The translations under genes and the position numbers were made by a program. Below, one piece after another: positions 61,601-64,000 of a stretch of 64,000 nucleotides of DNA. The notes below the pieces were generated by a model. It saw nothing but the letters and a program-made list of their open reading frames with translations, did no database searches and was not told the DNA's origin. The stretch comes from Psammoneis japonica. Lineage: Eukaryota. The first letter of the stretch is position 1, and each line of letters opens with the position of its first letter. Location: the NCBI GenBank assembly GCA_008632985.1, contig QPGO01000050.1:1-64000 (forward strand), read 5' to 3'.

Positions 61601-64000
61601 CAACAAACTGACAAAACAACTTTGTGACCTTTAACTGCATGTGAAGAACTTGCAGGATGATGAGGAGCACATCACATGGCAACCTCCACCAAGGCCCACA
61701 GAGGCACATCAGCCAACTTGGCAGCAGGAGGAGCATCAAGAGTTCACCAAACAACTTTCCTGAATGACAACTTCAGGGCAAGTGACAGAGAGTGCAAGTT
61801 GCAAGCACAGCCAAGGTTGTCTTTTGGAAGAGAGGCAAGTGACCCAAGCCAACTGTTGTGACACAGCAACTGAGACAATTGTGAAGATGGAGTGCCTGCT
61901 TGCTGACAACAGATTGTCACTCCAACAAGCCTCTCTCACAACTTCTTTTGCTGCCTGTGCACATCAGAGAACTGGCAACTGGCATGTCAAGCCCAAGCCC
62001 TGCACTGTCACAAGCTCCCAAGAGGCAGCTGAATTGACAAGCCACCAACTTGCAGAGTGTCAGTCAGCGACCCCAAGGTGAGGTGGAAAAAACAAGAACA
62101 GATGGCATGACACAGCTGAATTTGTGGGTGTGTGCCCAGACCTCAAGGCCACCACAGCATGCAACATGTCATTGCCAACAAGGACACATTCACCAAGACA
62201 ACAAGGACAACCATTGCTGAGCATGTGGGGTGCACCAAGTGTGCTGGTGCAGGAGAGCTGTGCATGGGCATGGCAGAGCCAAGGCTCCCAGCCCTCACAC
62301 TCCACCTGCTGGCCCCACAACCAACCCTTTGGAGGCCATGATTGAGCAATGGAAACTGGCCTGCTGAGCCTGCCATGACAGTGCAAAGTGGAGACATGCC
62401 AGCACCTCAAGGGATTTTGCTCTGGCACTGGGGCAATGCTCCCAGACTGCAAGGAACAGGGTGGAGGCCGCACATCAAGATTGGCCTGTGGTGAATGCAG
62501 CCTCTGATGTGACAGAGCTGCTGGCTGCAATCAGGGCCTGCATGGCTCAATGCCAGACTTTGCACTGCCACCCAGTGTGCATCATCATCAAGGCCAAGTT
62601 GGCTTCTTGCTCTTCAAGCAGGGAAGGCACACATCCACCAGAGATGGCTGTTTGATTTGATGCCTGCAACTGCAACAACAGCTCATTGTGACTTGAGTGT
62701 CCCCAGCTCTTGAAGATGCCTGAAATGTTGCCAATGAGTGCAACAAGACGGCTGACACCCAAAAACACTTTTTCATTGGGATGGAGAAACAATGCTTGCT
62801 CCCACCACTTTGTGCCTCAAAACAGCACAGCCCATGTCACGGGGAGAAGAAAGAAACACATCAAAACATTTAAAATGATGTTTTCAGACAGACAAAGCTG
62901 AGCCAGACCCTGATGGTCTGCATTGGAGGGGGGGAGAGGTCCAGCAGCGCAGTCACCAGCAACACTGGAACAAATTTCATTGATCTCACCCAAGAGCTTC
63001 TTTCCCATCAGCTGCACAGAACAGGCCATGCAGAGTGACCCCAGCTCTGGACAAAGAGCCAACCTTTTGGCCAGAGATGTGAAGAAGTTGCTGGGCACAA
63101 GTCAAAGCAAAAGCCACATGAAAGTCAAGGTAAAAAATGCTGAGCACTGACAAATGGTCTTGCACTCTGCAAGCAACAGTGCATGGAAATCCCTTCCAGT
63201 GTCCCCCAGTGAAATTTTCCATGTGCCCAATCCACAGAAAGAGCAGAAATGCTGGAAAACAAAGGAAATGAAATTTGGGTGATGCCTCTCCCAACACTGC
63301 TGTGCGGAGTGACTCAAAGACCAGTGGTGTCATTGAAATGACACCAACAATGTCCTCAGGGGATGACCGCAGCCATGGCATGTTGGAGCCGTCCCAAGCT
63401 TTTCCCATCATGATGTCACTCCAGCCCCCAACAAAGTGCTCTGTTTCATTCTGGTTTTCATCTTGAGCTGTTTCTGTTGACTGTGATGTGACTTGGGCTG
63501 CAGGTGGCTTTCTCTCATGACTTGCTCCTTGTTTGGCTGAGTCACCACACTTGAGGAGAGAGGAGTCATCATGTGTCACATGTTTGCTCAAACAACATGG
63601 CAAGTCGCCAGAGCCACAAGGAGACATCAGCACAAATGAAGGCATCAGAGAAAGCACAATCCCAGGGATGGAGCTGTGCCATGCATGGGTTTGTTGCACC
63701 ACTTGCACATGGTGTTGAGCACAAAATGCAAAGATGCATGATGCACATGGTGGCAGGAGCTTTGTGTCTGTGCAAGGGATTTTAGAGGCAGTGCAAAACA
63801 TTTGAGTCAGAATGTTTTGATGTTTGGCACTAAAAAGGGGCTGCATTTTCTGCTGAACACAAAACCTTCAAGCGACAATGACACACATTGTTGTTTTGTG
63901 GAATTCCGCTGGACACAAAACAATCATTTCTTAACAAAAATCACGTGTTGGATTTCACACCCATGCAAGCCATCAAGCAAGCTTGCAAGGATGCTGTGTG
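55630..64000. other. CpG- and TpA-depleted hypermutated domain 3 (continues past the window end)
   Basis: Only about 20-25 TA by eye in 55800-64000 and few CG, with TG/CA strongly enriched. ORFs are nearly Tyr-free; e.g. 59619-60470 has no Tyr in 283 aa. Confidence 0.92.

Noticed and set aside
55630..64000. Many overlapping Cys/His/Trp-rich ORFs (up to 286 aa) here and in 20600-27190 as real genes or metal-binding proteins
   Set aside because: They are a by-product of TA loss (few TAA/TAG stops, no Tyr) and TG/CA gain (Cys, His, Gln, Trp). They occur in all six frames and lack family motifs.

Overview
Eukaryotic nuclear DNA, most likely from a pennate diatom. The evidence is bipartite plastid-targeting presequences with an ASAF-like motif, a DUF6824-type protein, short GT-AG introns and compact genes. 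The window holds about 20 recognisable genes: SEC13, a STE20-like (pseudo)kinase, a 3-ketoacyl-CoA synthase, plastid homoserine dehydrogenase, a PH/J-domain auxilin-like protein, plastid IF-3, a TauE transporter, a histidine phosphatase, an IMPACT-AlkB fusion, MORN and ankyrin proteins, PRP3 and others. It also has a ~8 kb cluster of decayed gene fragments, including a partial copy of PRP3. The standout signal is three sharply bounded domains (~20.6-27.2 kb, ~34.4-35.45 kb, ~55.6 kb to the window end) where both CpG and TpA are almost absent and TpG/CpA dominate. The few surviving TpA are nearly all in YTAR context. Aligned internal repeats show TA/TG/CA and CG/TG/CA at equivalent positions. 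TpA loss extends ~50-170 bp beyond CpG loss at every visible edge. This looks like a targeted, strand-symmetric hypermutation system (CG->TG/CA plus TA->TG/CA) running opposite to fungal RIP; the mechanism is inference. A second unexplained pattern is palindromic CTAG/TAG-rich arrays between head-to-tail genes. All counts are by eye, and no database searches were run.
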